Source of the DNA: Candidatus Gastranaerophilales bacterium
GTDB lineage: Bacteria > Cyanobacteriota > Vampirovibrionia > Gastranaerophilales > Gastranaerophilaceae
Direction of reading: 5' to 3'
NCBI GenBank assembly: GCA_944323625.1
Contig: CALUTD010000002.1
Span: forward strand, 102,168 to 166,167
DNA: 64,000 nt
The notes beneath the pieces are model-generated. The model was not told the origin of the DNA. It saw nothing but the letters and a program-made list of their open reading frames with translations, and ran no database searches. The position numbers were made by a program, and so were the translations under genes. Shown piece by piece: positions 16,802 through 26,000 of this stretch. Position 1 is the stretch's first letter. Each line of letters begins with the position of its first letter.

Positions 16802-18184
16802 TTAAGAAGGGTTTTCTTTATTTGTTATAAGTTTGTATTTTTGCCATACATAATAAACAGGTATTCCGGTTGCTATTATTAATAAAGATTTCATAGAATT
16901 TGCAAATTTATGCATAGTTAAAGAATAAATAATAAATATTCCCAGTAGCGAAAAAAGCATACCGAATACGGAATTAATTTTTTTGCAATTTGGATATTTG
17001 TATCTGTATATAAAAATACCTATAGCAGTAAGCACATAAAAAATCAAAGCGGCGTAAATGACATAATCCAATAATTCGCTGTAATTTCCGCAGAACAAAA
17101 TAAATATACAAGACCAAAAACATTGAAGCCAAAGTGAATTTACAGGGACTTTTGTTTTTCTGTTAACAACGGCAAGATTTCTGAATAAAAGTCTGTCTTT
17201 GGCCATTTGATAATATACTCTTGCCCCTGTGAGTATAAGTCCATTTGCGCTTCCTGCAGCAGATATCATAATAATTATTGCAATTATATATTTACCTATT
17301 TCACCTGTTATATTTTGCATTAAAACAACGGCAACTATATCTTCAGGCGCTGTTTTTATTTGTTCAAGAGGTATAGAGAATGTATATAAAATATTTATAA
17401 GAAAATACAAAATTCCTACAAGCACAACACCCCAAAACAATGCCAAAGGTATATTTTTATCTGGATTTTTTACTTCTGCCGATATAAATGTAATATTATT
17501 CCAGGTAACCATTGAAAATATTGCGCCTACTGCAGCAGCAGAAATTATTTCTAAATTAGAAAATGTAAAATCACTAAAACTTAATGTATTAAAAAAATTG
17601 GATTTTATTACGGGAAGGCTACAGCCAAAAAACAAGCCAAATACTATTATAGCAAGTATGGAGAGTATTTTTGTAGCCGTGAAAATATTTTGGGTTAAAA
17701 CTCCGTATTTTATTCCTTTTGAATTTACATATGTTAAAATAATACAAACTAAAAGCGCAAAAATTTGCTGCAAAGAAATATGACAAAACGGAAGATTAAT
17801 CAAATAAATTGAAGAACTAATAAACGGGAATATTATACCGATAAACTTACCTACAGCAATACAAACAGCCCCTATTGTTGCCGTTTGTATAACCAAAAGC
17901 AAAGACCAGCCGTACAAAAAAGCAGTTAAATCATTATACATTTTTTTTAAAAACATATATTGACCGCCGTCCTCTTTTATATTTAAGACGGGTTCCGTAT
18001 ATGCCAATGCGCCTGAAAGTGAAAATACTCCGGCTAATATCCAAACAAACAATAAAAACCAGGTATTATTTGTCTGCCTTGCAATATCCGCAGATACAAT
18101 AAAAATTCCGCAGCCTATCATTGAGCCTGCAACTACAGATATTGAATCTTTTAAATTTAAAGTTCTTTTTAAATCATTGCTCAT
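16802..18184 (-). CDS. APC-superfamily amino acid permease
   Basis: 460 aa with about 12 hydrophobic helices and an N-terminal GSMIGCGIF permease signature. Confidence 0.75.
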   Translation of the reverse strand: MSNDLKRTLNLKDSISVVAGSMIGCGIFIVSADIARQTNNTWFLLFVWILAGVFSLSGALAYTEPVLNIKEDGGQYMFLKKMYNDLTAFLYGWSLLLVIQTATIGAVCIAVGKFIGIIFPFISSSIYLINLPFCHISLQQIFALLVCIILTYVNSKGIKYGVLTQNIFTATKILSILAIIVFGLFFGCSLPVIKSNFFNTLSFSDFTFSNLEIISAAAVGAIFSMVTWNNITFISAEVKNPDKNIPLALFWGVVLVGILYFLINILYTFSIPLEQIKTAPEDIVAVVLMQNITGEIGKYIIAIIIMISAAGSANGLILTGARVYYQMAKDRLLFRNLAVVNRKTKVPVNSLWLQCFWSCIFILFCGNYSELLDYVIYAALIFYVLTAIGIFIYRYKYPNCKKINSVFGMLFSLLGIFIIYSLTMHKFANSMKSLLIIATGIPVYYVWQKYKLITNKENPS

Positions 18185-19703
18185 TATTAAACCATACTTT
18201 ATTCATTTTATATATCAGATTATGTTTTTTGCAATAAGTTATTAATTCAGACTTTATATCTTTAATCAGAACAAATATTGCAATCAGATTAGGAACAGAC
18301 ATTAAAAGATACGTTGCATCCGTAAAATCAATAACGCTTTTTATATTCATTGAAGAACCTATGATTATAAATAAACAGAAAATAATTTGATATATTTTAA
18401 TACGTTTGAATCCTTCGCCGACTAAGAAAGTCCAGGCTTTTTGCCCGTAATATGCCCATGAAATAGTAGTAGAAAGGGCAAATAAAATAATAACTACTGA
18501 CAGAATATATGGGAAAAACGGAATAACACTTTGAAAAGCGGCTGAAGTAAGTTCAACACCCGATATTCCGTCAGAATAATTAAGATATTCACCTGTAAGA
18601 ATTATTACAAATGCAGTCATTGAACAAACAATAACCGTATCTAAAAACGGTTCAAGCATTGAAACAAACCCCTGAGAAGCCGGTTCATCTGTTTTAACTG
18701 CGGCATAAGCAATAGGTGATGAGCCGATACCAGCTTCGTTGGATTGAATTGAACGTCTTAAACCTATAATAATTGTACCTATAATACCGCCTGCAACAGC
18801 TTTAGGGAAAAAAGCCTCATGTAATATTGTACATATTGCATCGGGTATATGCATAAAATTAACAGCAATAATAATTATGCAGGTACCGGCATATAAAAGA
18901 CACATAACGGGAACTATCTTGGAAGTTACATTTGCAATACTCTTAATTCCCCCGACAATAACAAGTGCAACAACAATGGCTGTTAACAAACCAAATACCC
19001 AGCTATGTAAAGCAAAAAAACTATTATCTCCGCCTGTAATAATAATAAATTGACGTGCAGCCTGATTCGTTTGAAGCATACAACCTCCGCCTACAGTTGC
19101 AGGTAAAAATGCAAGCGCATATACATAAGAAAGAGTTTTACCCAAACTATGATATCCCTTTCTTGCGAAACCGCGTTCAATATAAAACATAGGTCCTCCC
19201 GATACAGAGCCGTCCGAATTAAATCTTCTGTATTTTAATGAAAGAGTAACCTCGCAAAACTTAAGCGCCATACCGAATATTGCACCAATACACATCCAAA
19301 ACATAGCCCCGGGACCACCTATAGATATAGCTATTGCGACACCGGCAATATTGCCTAAACCAACTGTTCCGGAAAGTGCGGTTGCCAATGCTCCGATTGA
19401 AGATACTTCGCCTAAATGATCTTGATTTTCTGTATCTTTTTTATGAAAAATTTGTTTGAGAGAATGTCTAAAGCCCCATATTGCTATTCCCCTAAAATAA
19501 AAAGTGCAAAATATACTCGCTGCAATCATAAAAAATATTAAAATCGGAACTTCAGCGCCAAAAATTTCCACCGAGGTAAATATAAAAGAAGAAAAAGAAT
19601 CAGAAAACGGAGAAAAATATTTTTCTATAAACTCATCTACTCCTGCCGCATAAACTTTTTGATTAAAAAGCAATAAAATTAAAAATGTAATTAAAATTCT
19701 CAT
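18174..19703 (-). CDS. Sodium:alanine (AGCS family) symporter
   Basis: GGPGAMFWMCIGAIFGMALKF signature in a polytopic protein. I chose the start at ATG 19703 (AGGA 9 nt upstream). The track ORF extends to 19772. Confidence 0.8.
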   Translation of the reverse strand: MRILITFLILLLFNQKVYAAGVDEFIEKYFSPFSDSFSSFIFTSVEIFGAEVPILIFFMIAASIFCTFYFRGIAIWGFRHSLKQIFHKKDTENQDHLGEVSSIGALATALSGTVGLGNIAGVAIAISIGGPGAMFWMCIGAIFGMALKFCEVTLSLKYRRFNSDGSVSGGPMFYIERGFARKGYHSLGKTLSYVYALAFLPATVGGGCMLQTNQAARQFIIITGGDNSFFALHSWVFGLLTAIVVALVIVGGIKSIANVTSKIVPVMCLLYAGTCIIIIAVNFMHIPDAICTILHEAFFPKAVAGGIIGTIIIGLRRSIQSNEAGIGSSPIAYAAVKTDEPASQGFVSMLEPFLDTVIVCSMTAFVIILTGEYLNYSDGISGVELTSAAFQSVIPFFPYILSVVIILFALSTTISWAYYGQKAWTFLVGEGFKRIKIYQIIFCLFIIIGSSMNIKSVIDFTDATYLLMSVPNLIAIFVLIKDIKSELITYCKKHNLIYKMNKVWFNNEQ

Positions 19704-19901
19704 CCCAAACATTCCTTTTTCTTCTTCCTTTTTATAGCCTGTATTTGAGCATATCAAAAACAATATGCACAAACAAGATATTTGAAATTACGAATATAAA
19801 TCTATCCCTTTTTACAAAAAACTTTCAATTTTATTAACAGATTGAAAATACAGTTATTTAATTGTAGAATTGTTTTATACAAAATAAAAAGGGGATGTTA
19901 T

Positions 19902-20699
19902 ATGAAATTAATGGAAGGCAAAAGAGGTGTTATATTCGGCGTTTCTAACACTCATGGAATTGCATACGGTATCGCAAAACAATTATTTGAAGCAGGTGCC
20001 GAAATAGCATTTACTTATGCGGGCGAAGTAATGGAAAAACGTGTACGCCCGATAGCTGAAGGCATGAATGCAAAAGTCATTATGTCATGCGATGTAACAA
20101 AAGAAGAAGAAGTAAAAGCTGTATTCGCAGAACTGGAAAAAGTTTACGGAAAAATTGATTTTGTTGTTCATGCAGTTGCTTTTGCAAACAGAGAAGACTT
20201 AACCGGCGAATTTATTAATACATCAAAAGCAGGCTGGGATTTGGCAATGGGTGTAAGTGCATATTCACTTGTATCTTTAGCAAGAAATGCAAAACCGATT
20301 ATGAATGAAGGCGGTTCAATTTTAGCGTTAACATATCTTGGCGGTGAAAAAGTCGTTGCAAATTATAACATTATGGGAGTTGCTAAAGCTGCTTTAGAAT
20401 CATCTGCAAGATATTTAGCAGAAAACCTTGGCAAATGCGGTGTAAGAGTTAACTGTATATCTGCAGGTGCAGTTAAAACACTTGCGGCTTCAGGTATTGA
20501 CGGATTTGGAAAAATGCTTAAAGCTGCTGTATTAAAAGCTCCATTAAAAAGAAATGTAACTCTTGAAGATGTCGGAAAAACAGGTTTATACCTTTTATCT
20601 GATTTATCATCAGGTGTTACAGGTGAAATTATTCACGTAGATTGCGGATGTCATTGTGTATATGCCTCAAGCGAAGAAATGGAACTTGTTACAAAATAG
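19902..20699 (+). CDS. fabI: Enoyl-ACP reductase (NADH) FabI
   Basis: MKLMEGKRGVIFGV..., with LTYLGGEKVVANYNIMGVAKAALESSARYLA and RVNCISAGAVKT. The start at 19902 has AAGGGGA upstream. Confidence 0.9.
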   Translation: MKLMEGKRGVIFGVSNTHGIAYGIAKQLFEAGAEIAFTYAGEVMEKRVRPIAEGMNAKVIMSCDVTKEEEVKAVFAELEKVYGKIDFVVHAVAFANREDLTGEFINTSKAGWDLAMGVSAYSLVSLARNAKPIMNEGGSILALTYLGGEKVVANYNIMGVAKAALESSARYLAENLGKCGVRVNCISAGAVKTLAASGIDGFGKMLKAAVLKAPLKRNVTLEDVGKTGLYLLSDLSSGVTGEIIHVDCGCHCVYASSEEMELVTK

Positions 20700-20718
20700 T
20701 TAATAACAATCTAATCTA

Positions 20719-21150
20719 GTGTCGCCCCAATTTTTCGCCGTGTGTCTTGAATTTTCTTTACGCTCCAAGCGTATCGCCTCTGAGGCTTTGCCTCTGCCGG
20801 CTTTTGCTTGTCGCTTACCGGGCTGCGCCCGTCCGAAAATTCGCTCATCCACGCCGAAAAATTGGGGCTCACCTTTTGAAGCGCCCTCACCTAGCAGCTA
20901 CGCTGCGTCGGATACAAGCTCACAAGCATCACCTTCGGTTCTGCTGTTCGTTTTGTAACAAAAAGTTACTCACACCCTTCGGGCATCTTGGATTTTTCTG
21001 TCTTTCGGGCAAGTCGTTCATTACGCTATCGCTGTCATTCACTATTGCCCTCATATACTCGGGCTTTCGCCCTTTCGAAAAATCCGCTTATCGTAACTTT
21101 TTGCTCGGACAAATTTAGAATTGTTGTGGTAGAAACCACAACCTACATTT
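20719..21150. ncRNA. Candidate structured RNA or GC-rich intergenic element, class unknown
   Basis: GC-enriched by hand count (58% over 20761-20940) in an AT-rich genome. It contains several helices, including an 18-bp long-range one. It has no credible ORF. The strand is unresolved. Confidence 0.35.
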
Positions 21151-21224
21151 GAAACTTTTTGTTCGGATATTCTAAACAGACTTTAATTTTTTTGATATAT
21201 ACTTATTTATATAGGACATAGAAA

Positions 21225-22637
21225 ATGTATAAAATTAATTCCGACAAAGCAGAAACATTTATTTCAAATGAAGAAATTATAGCAACAATAGAGTTTGCAC
21301 AAAAAAATAAAAATAACAAAGCATTTATAAAAGATATTCTAAATAAAGCGAACGAAAAAAAAGGCTTAAATCATAGAGAAGCTGCAATACTTCTTTTATG
21401 TGAAGAGAAAGAAATTATTGAAAAAATTTTTACACTGGCAAAAGAAATAAAACAAGAGTTCTACGGAAACAGAATTGTTTTGTTTGCACCATTATACTTA
21501 TCAAATTATTGTATAAACGGATGTACATATTGCCCATATCATCTTATAAATAAACATATTCCAAGAAAAAAAATGACCCAGGAAGAAATAAGAAATGAAG
21601 TAATTGCACTTCAGGATATGGGGCATAAAAGACTTGCAATAGAATCAGGCGAAGATCCTGTTAATAATCCGATTGAATATATACTGGAATCAATAGAAAC
21701 AATATATTCCGTAAAGCATAAGAACGGTGCAATAAGACGGGTCAATGTAAATATTGCGGCAACAACGGTTGAAAATTACAAAAAGCTTCACAATGCTAAA
21801 ATAGGAACATATATACTGTTTCAAGAAACATATAATAAAAAGACGTATGAAGAATTACACCCGTTCGGGCCGAAACATAACTATCAATACCATACGGAAG
21901 CTTTGGACAGAGCTATGCAAGGCGGCATTGATGATGTAGGAATGGGAGTCTTATTTGGGCTTGATAATTATTTATATGAATTTATCGGGCTTCTTATGCA
22001 TAAAGAACATTTAGAATCCGTTTATAATATAGGACCTCATACTATCAGTCTGCCAAGGATTAGAAAAGCTGATGATATAGAAGTTTCAAACTTTAAAAAT
22101 TCTATAGATGATGACACATTTAAAAAAATAACAGCTTTAATAAGAATATCAGTACCTTATACGGGGCTTATAATCTCAACAAGAGAAAACGAAAAAATGA
22201 GAGAAAAACTTCTTGAACTCGGAGTATCTCAAATTTCAGGAGGTTCAAAAACAAGCGTCGGTGGTTATTATAAACAAGAGAAAGAGGACTCAAGCCAGTT
22301 TGAAGTTAATGATAACAGAACTCTTGATGAAGTAGTAAATTGGCTAATGAAACTCAATTATCTTCCGAGTTTTTGTACTGCTTGTTACGGAAACAACAGA
22401 ACCGGCGAAAAATTTATGTCTTTATGCAAAGAGAAACAAATACACAACTTTTGTCATCCGAATGCAATAATGACCTTAAAAGAATATCTAACGGATTATG
22501 CTTCCAATGAATCGAAATTGACAGGTGAAAAACTTATTCAATCAGAAATTAGCAAAATAAAAAATGAAACAATAAAACAATCAGTACTGACAAATATCTC
22601 AAAAATATCCAACGACGAAAGAAATTTTAAATTTTAA
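21225..22637 (+). CDS. hydG: [FeFe]-hydrogenase maturase HydG (radical SAM tyrosine lyase)
   Basis: 470 aa with the CINGCTYCPY radical-SAM motif and the C-terminal CTACYGNNRTGEKFMSLC...FCHPNA auxiliary-cluster motif. Confidence 0.85.
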   Translation: MYKINSDKAETFISNEEIIATIEFAQKNKNNKAFIKDILNKANEKKGLNHREAAILLLCEEKEIIEKIFTLAKEIKQEFYGNRIVLFAPLYLSNYCINGCTYCPYHLINKHIPRKKMTQEEIRNEVIALQDMGHKRLAIESGEDPVNNPIEYILESIETIYSVKHKNGAIRRVNVNIAATTVENYKKLHNAKIGTYILFQETYNKKTYEELHPFGPKHNYQYHTEALDRAMQGGIDDVGMGVLFGLDNYLYEFIGLLMHKEHLESVYNIGPHTISLPRIRKADDIEVSNFKNSIDDDTFKKITALIRISVPYTGLIISTRENEKMREKLLELGVSQISGGSKTSVGGYYKQEKEDSSQFEVNDNRTLDEVVNWLMKLNYLPSFCTACYGNNRTGEKFMSLCKEKQIHNFCHPNAIMTLKEYLTDYASNESKLTGEKLIQSEISKIKNETIKQSVLTNISKISNDERNFKF

Positions 22638-22677
22638 ATGTTTGCCTTTATTATACTTTAAGAATAGAATATAATAT

Positions 22678-22971
22678 ATGATTGGAGAAATGATGAGCGA
22701 AGATAAAATAATAGTAACGATTTCAGGAAAAGACGGAATAGGTATAGTTGCCGAAATAGCCGGAGTTCTTGCTAAATACGGCGTCAATATTGAAGATATA
22801 CGTCAAACAATTATGCAGGGATGTTTTATGATGTTTCTGCTGGGTGATATCAGTAAATCCAAATATTCTTTCAAAGAAATAAAGGATGCAGTAACGGAAT
22901 CAGGCAAAAAACTCGGAATGGAAATTTGGATACAAAAAAAAGAAATTTTTGATAAAATGCATACTATTTAA
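22678..22971 (+). CDS. ACT-domain protein (UPF0237 type)
   Basis: IIVTISGKDGIGIVAEIAGVLAKYGVNIEDIRQT. It is paired with the UPF0210 gene, as is typical. Confidence 0.75.
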   Translation: MIGEMMSEDKIIVTISGKDGIGIVAEIAGVLAKYGVNIEDIRQTIMQGCFMMFLLGDISKSKYSFKEIKDAVTESGKKLGMEIWIQKKEIFDKMHTI

Positions 22972-22981
22972 GGGAAAATAA

Positions 22982-24349
22982 ATGTCTTTTTTTAATGAAC
23001 ATTCAATAATTGAAACAATAAATATGATAAAGGTTCACAATCTTGATATAAGAACCGTAACTTTGGCCTTGAGTTTACGCGATTGCTGTTGCAATGACGT
23101 AAAAAAGACAGGAGATAAAATATATAACAAAATTACAAAATACGCAAAGCACCTTTGTGAATATGCACAAGAAATTGAAGAAGAATATTCTATTCCTATT
23201 ATAAATAAACGAATTGCGGTTACCCCAATTTCATTAATAGGAGAATCCTGCAAAGAATATGATTATGTTTATCTTGCAAAAGTGCTTGATGAAGCGGCTA
23301 AAGAAGTGAATGTTAATTTTATCGGCGGCTTTTCCGCACTTGTTGAAAAAGGATGTACAAAAGGGGATACAGCGCTTATTGAAAGTATTCCCGAAGCTTT
23401 AAAAACCACTCAAAGAGTATGTTCATCGGTTAACCTTGCCTCTACAAAAGCAGGAATTAATATGGATGCCGTAAAAAAAATGGGCGGAATAATAAAGCAG
23501 GCAGCAGAATATACAAAAGAAGAGGACGGAATAGGTGCGGCAAAACTTGTATGTTTTTGCAATGTTCCGGGGGATAATCCTTTTATGGCAGGGGCTTTTC
23601 ATGGTTATGGCGAGCCTGAATGCGCACTAAATATAGGTGTATCAGGCCCGGGGGTTGTTAGGGCCGCAGTTGAAAATCTCCCAAAAAATGCAGACTTTGG
23701 AGAACTTGCTAACAAAATTAAACAAATAGCTTTTAAAATAACATCAACAGGTGAACTTGTCGGCCGAAGGATGGCAAAGAAAATGAATATTCCTTTTGGG
23801 ATTATAGATTTATCTCTTGCGCCAACACCTGCCATAGGCGACTCTGTTGCAGGAATTTTTCAAGCCATGGGATTAGAACATGCCGGCGCTCACGGAACTA
23901 CTGCTGCCCTTGCAATGCTTAATGATGCGGTTAAAAAAGGCGGTATAATGGCAAGTTCCTATGTCGGCGGGTTATCAGGCGCTTTTATTCCGGTTTCTGA
24001 AGATGCAGGCATGATTGAAGCAGCGAAACAAGGTGTTTTAACATTTGATAAATTAGAAGCAATGACTTGTGTATGTTCTGTAGGACTTGATATGATCGCA
24101 ATTCCAGGAAATACACAAGAATCTACTATATCAGGTATTATTGCTGATGAAATGGCAATAGGAATGATTAACAAAAAAACAACTGCTGTAAGAATAATAC
24201 CGGTGCCGGGGAAAACCGTGGGAGATTATGCCGTATATGGCGGACTTTTGGGTGAAGCACCTATTATGCCCGTAAACAAGCTATCATCTGAAATATTTGT
24301 CAACCGTGGCGGCAGAATTCCGGCACCGATACATAGTTTAAATAACTGA
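22982..24349 (+). CDS. UPF0210/DUF711 (PFL-like) family protein
   Basis: 455 aa with N-terminal [12 protein letters not shown]. The size and the ACT partner fit the family. Confidence 0.7.
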   Translation: MSFFNEHSIIETINMIKVHNLDIRTVTLALSLRDCCCNDVKKTGDKIYNKITKYAKHLCEYAQEIEEEYSIPIINKRIAVTPISLIGESCKEYDYVYLAKVLDEAAKEVNVNFIGGFSALVEKGCTKGDTALIESIPEALKTTQRVCSSVNLASTKAGINMDAVKKMGGIIKQAAEYTKEEDGIGAAKLVCFCNVPGDNPFMAGAFHGYGEPECALNIGVSGPGVVRAAVENLPKNADFGELANKIKQIAFKITSTGELVGRRMAKKMNIPFGIIDLSLAPTPAIGDSVAGIFQAMGLEHAGAHGTTAALAMLNDAVKKGGIMASSYVGGLSGAFIPVSEDAGMIEAAKQGVLTFDKLEAMTCVCSVGLDMIAIPGNTQESTISGIIADEMAIGMINKKTTAVRIIPVPGKTVGDYAVYGGLLGEAPIMPVNKLSSEIFVNRGGRIPAPIHSLNN

Positions 24350-24371
24350 TTGTATCAAAAATTCTTAAAAG

Positions 24372-24791
24372 TTATTCAGATTCCGAATCTGATATTTTAT
24401 CCTTTACAAATTCAACTATTTCACCCGTCATAAGAGTTGAGCTAACAACACCTTTTTTAATTCCATCAATTAAGGATTCGCCTAATTCTTCAGTATTTTC
24501 TTTTAATGTTTCAACAAATTCTGCACCGCCGGCTTTTGCTTTGTCAAGAATTGAACCTTCTTCTTCAACTGCTGCTTTGCCGCCTTGAATAAAAGCATTG
24601 CCTTCTGTAGCAATTCCATTAACTAAGAATTCGCCTAATTCTTCAGTATTTTCTTTTAATGTTTCAACAAATTCTGCACCGCCGGCTTTTGCTTTGTCAA
24701 AAATTGAACCATCTTCTTCAATTGCAGCTTTGCCGCCCTGAATAAAAGCACTGTGCTCTGCAGCATTTTCAAAAATTTTTTTAATTTCCAT
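24372..24791 (-). CDS. Small acidic protein made of two tandem 51-aa repeats, function unknown
   Basis: AFIQGGKAA(I/V)EE(D/E)GSI(F/L)DKAKAGGAEFVETLKENTEELGE occurs twice. No signal peptide or transmembrane segment. Confidence 0.6.
   Translation of the reverse strand: MEIKKIFENAAEHSAFIQGGKAAIEEDGSIFDKAKAGGAEFVETLKENTEELGEFLVNGIATEGNAFIQGGKAAVEEEGSILDKAKAGGAEFVETLKENTEELGESLIDGIKKGVVSSTLMTGEIVEFVKDKISDSESE
24476..24751 (-). repeat. Intragenic tandem duplication (period 153 nt, two ~123-nt near-identical copies)
   Basis: 24476-24598 versus 24629-24751. The first 72 nt are identical, followed by about 6 mismatches. Confidence 0.9.
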
Positions 24792-24831
24792 AAATTTATC
24801 CTTTCCTTTTTTCTACAAGTTAAATATCGGT

Positions 24832-24990
24832 CGGGGGGGGGGAACTTTAGGGTTTAATTCGCATAATTTACAAAAATTAACAATAGTAAAATATTTTTTA
24901 ACAAAAAAATATTTACGTGGTTTTAAAATAGCATATTAATAAACAGGAACAAAAAAACATGAAAAAATTATCAAAAAATCCCCCCCCCCG
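24832..24990. promoter_or_regulatory. Segment bounded by a perfect 12-nt inverted repeat, cG10a (24832-24843) and tC10g (24979-24990); candidate phase-variation element
   Basis: Direct count of both tracts. The 135-bp AT-rich interior lies upstream of the gene starting at 24791 and contains TTGTAA-N18-TAAAGT on the minus strand, abutting the tract. Confidence 0.5.
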
Positions 24991-25085
24991 TAGTAATTAA
25001 GTTGTTAAGTTTATGTAAAACATGTGCACCATCTTAAAAGGTGAGAGAAAAATAATTTAAAATTTTAGCTTATTAATCTAACTTC

Positions 25086-25120
25086 AAAAAAGCCCTAAAC
25101 TCTTTTAGTTTAGGGCTTTT
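25086..25120 (-). terminator. Rho-independent terminator after sucD (also usable in the opposite direction)
   Basis: 10-bp stem agccctaaac/gtttagggct (25091-25100 and 25108-25117) with a 7-nt loop and T-runs on both strands. Confidence 0.8.
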
Positions 25121-25127
25121 ATAGTTA

Positions 25128-26000
25128 TTAATTGTTTAAAATATTTTTAATAGTAATACCCAAATCTGCAGGATTCTTACAAACCGTTACACCACTAGAA
25201 GTCAATGCCTGCATTTTACTTGCGGCGGTTCCCTTTCCGCCTGAAATAATAGCCCCGGCATGGCCCATTCTTTTCCCTTCCGGCGCACTTAACCCGGCAA
25301 TAAAGCTTACAACGGGTTTTGTAACATATTGTTTTATAAATTCCGCCGCTTCTTCTTCCGCACTTCCGCCTATTTCTCCTATCATACATATTACATCAGT
25401 TTCACTGTCATCTTGAAATGCTTTTAAAACGTCTATAAAACTTGTACCTATAATAGGATCGCCTCCGATACCTATACATGTTGATTGACCGATTCCAAGT
25501 TGAGTTAACTGATAAACAGCTTCATAAGTAAGTGTTCCGCTTCTTGAAACAACACCTGCATTCCCTTTTTTATGTATTGCAGAAGGCATAATTCCGATTT
25601 TGGATTTTCCAGGAGATATTAACCCCGGACAATTCGGACCTATTAGTCTTGCTCCGTTCATTTTTACCGCTTTTTTGGCATTTATCATATCATAAACTGG
25701 AATACCTTCCGTTATACATACAATAAGCTTAATACCGGCTTCCGCAGCTTCAATTATTGCACCGGCAGCAAATCTTGCAGGCACAAATATCATGCTTGCA
25801 TCGGGTTTAACTTCGTTTACCGCTTCTTTAACAGTATTAAAAACAGGAACATCTAAAATTGTTGTGCCGCCTTTTTTCGGAGTTACTCCTCCAACCAGCT
25901 TTGTTCCGTATTCCTGACAGCTCTTTGCGTGAAAAGAACCTTCTTTTCCCGTTATACCCTGTACTATTAATTTTGTATTTTCATTTATAAATATAGACAT
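25128..26000 (-). CDS. sucD: Succinyl-CoA synthetase alpha subunit
   Basis: [19 protein letters not shown] and [14 protein letters not shown] motifs. Confidence 0.92.
   Translation of the reverse strand: MSIFINENTKLIVQGITGKEGSFHAKSCQEYGTKLVGGVTPKKGGTTILDVPVFNTVKEAVNEVKPDASMIFVPARFAAGAIIEAAEAGIKLIVCITEGIPVYDMINAKKAVKMNGARLIGPNCPGLISPGKSKIGIMPSAIHKKGNAGVVSRSGTLTYEAVYQLTQLGIGQSTCIGIGGDPIIGTSFIDVLKAFQDDSETDVICMIGEIGGSAEEEAAEFIKQYVTKPVVSFIAGLSAPEGKRMGHAGAIISGGKGTAASKMQALTSSGVTVCKNPADLGITIKNILNN

Noticed and set aside
16775-16815. The hairpin ccttcttaaatttaagaagg as terminator of the permease gene
   Set aside because: It straddles the stop codon. On the relevant (minus) strand it is not followed by a U-run.
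19704-19901. A glycine (or other) riboswitch ahead of the sodium:alanine symporter
   Set aside because: The 198-bp divergent region is uniformly AT-rich, with no GGAGAG...CACCG-type conserved cores or stable helices.
20719-21118. Track ORFs 20719..20958 (79 aa) and 20747..21118 (123 aa) as protein-coding genes
   Set aside because: They overlap each other in different frames. They have no RBS. Their composition (A/P/R/S/L/C-rich) is unlike every other protein in the window. They coincide exactly with a GC-rich stretch where stop codons are rare by chance.
20700-21224. The GC-rich gap as RNase P RNA, tmRNA, SRP RNA, or a cobalamin or T-box leader
   Set aside because: None of the hallmark sequences is present on either strand: GGAAAGTCCGG or AGGGTGAAA (RNase P), GGTTCGA...CCA tRNA-like end (tmRNA), GGAA-tetraloop SRP helix, B12 box, or T-box. 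The word aatccgcttatcg resembles the P4 3' strand of RNase P, but only a 5-bp partner could be found.
24959-25000. Mini-ORF MKKLSKNPPPRSN on the plus strand running through the C10 tract
   Set aside because: It has no RBS, it is 13 codons long, and neither alternative tract length gives a recognisable product. It is more likely non-coding promoter or leader DNA.
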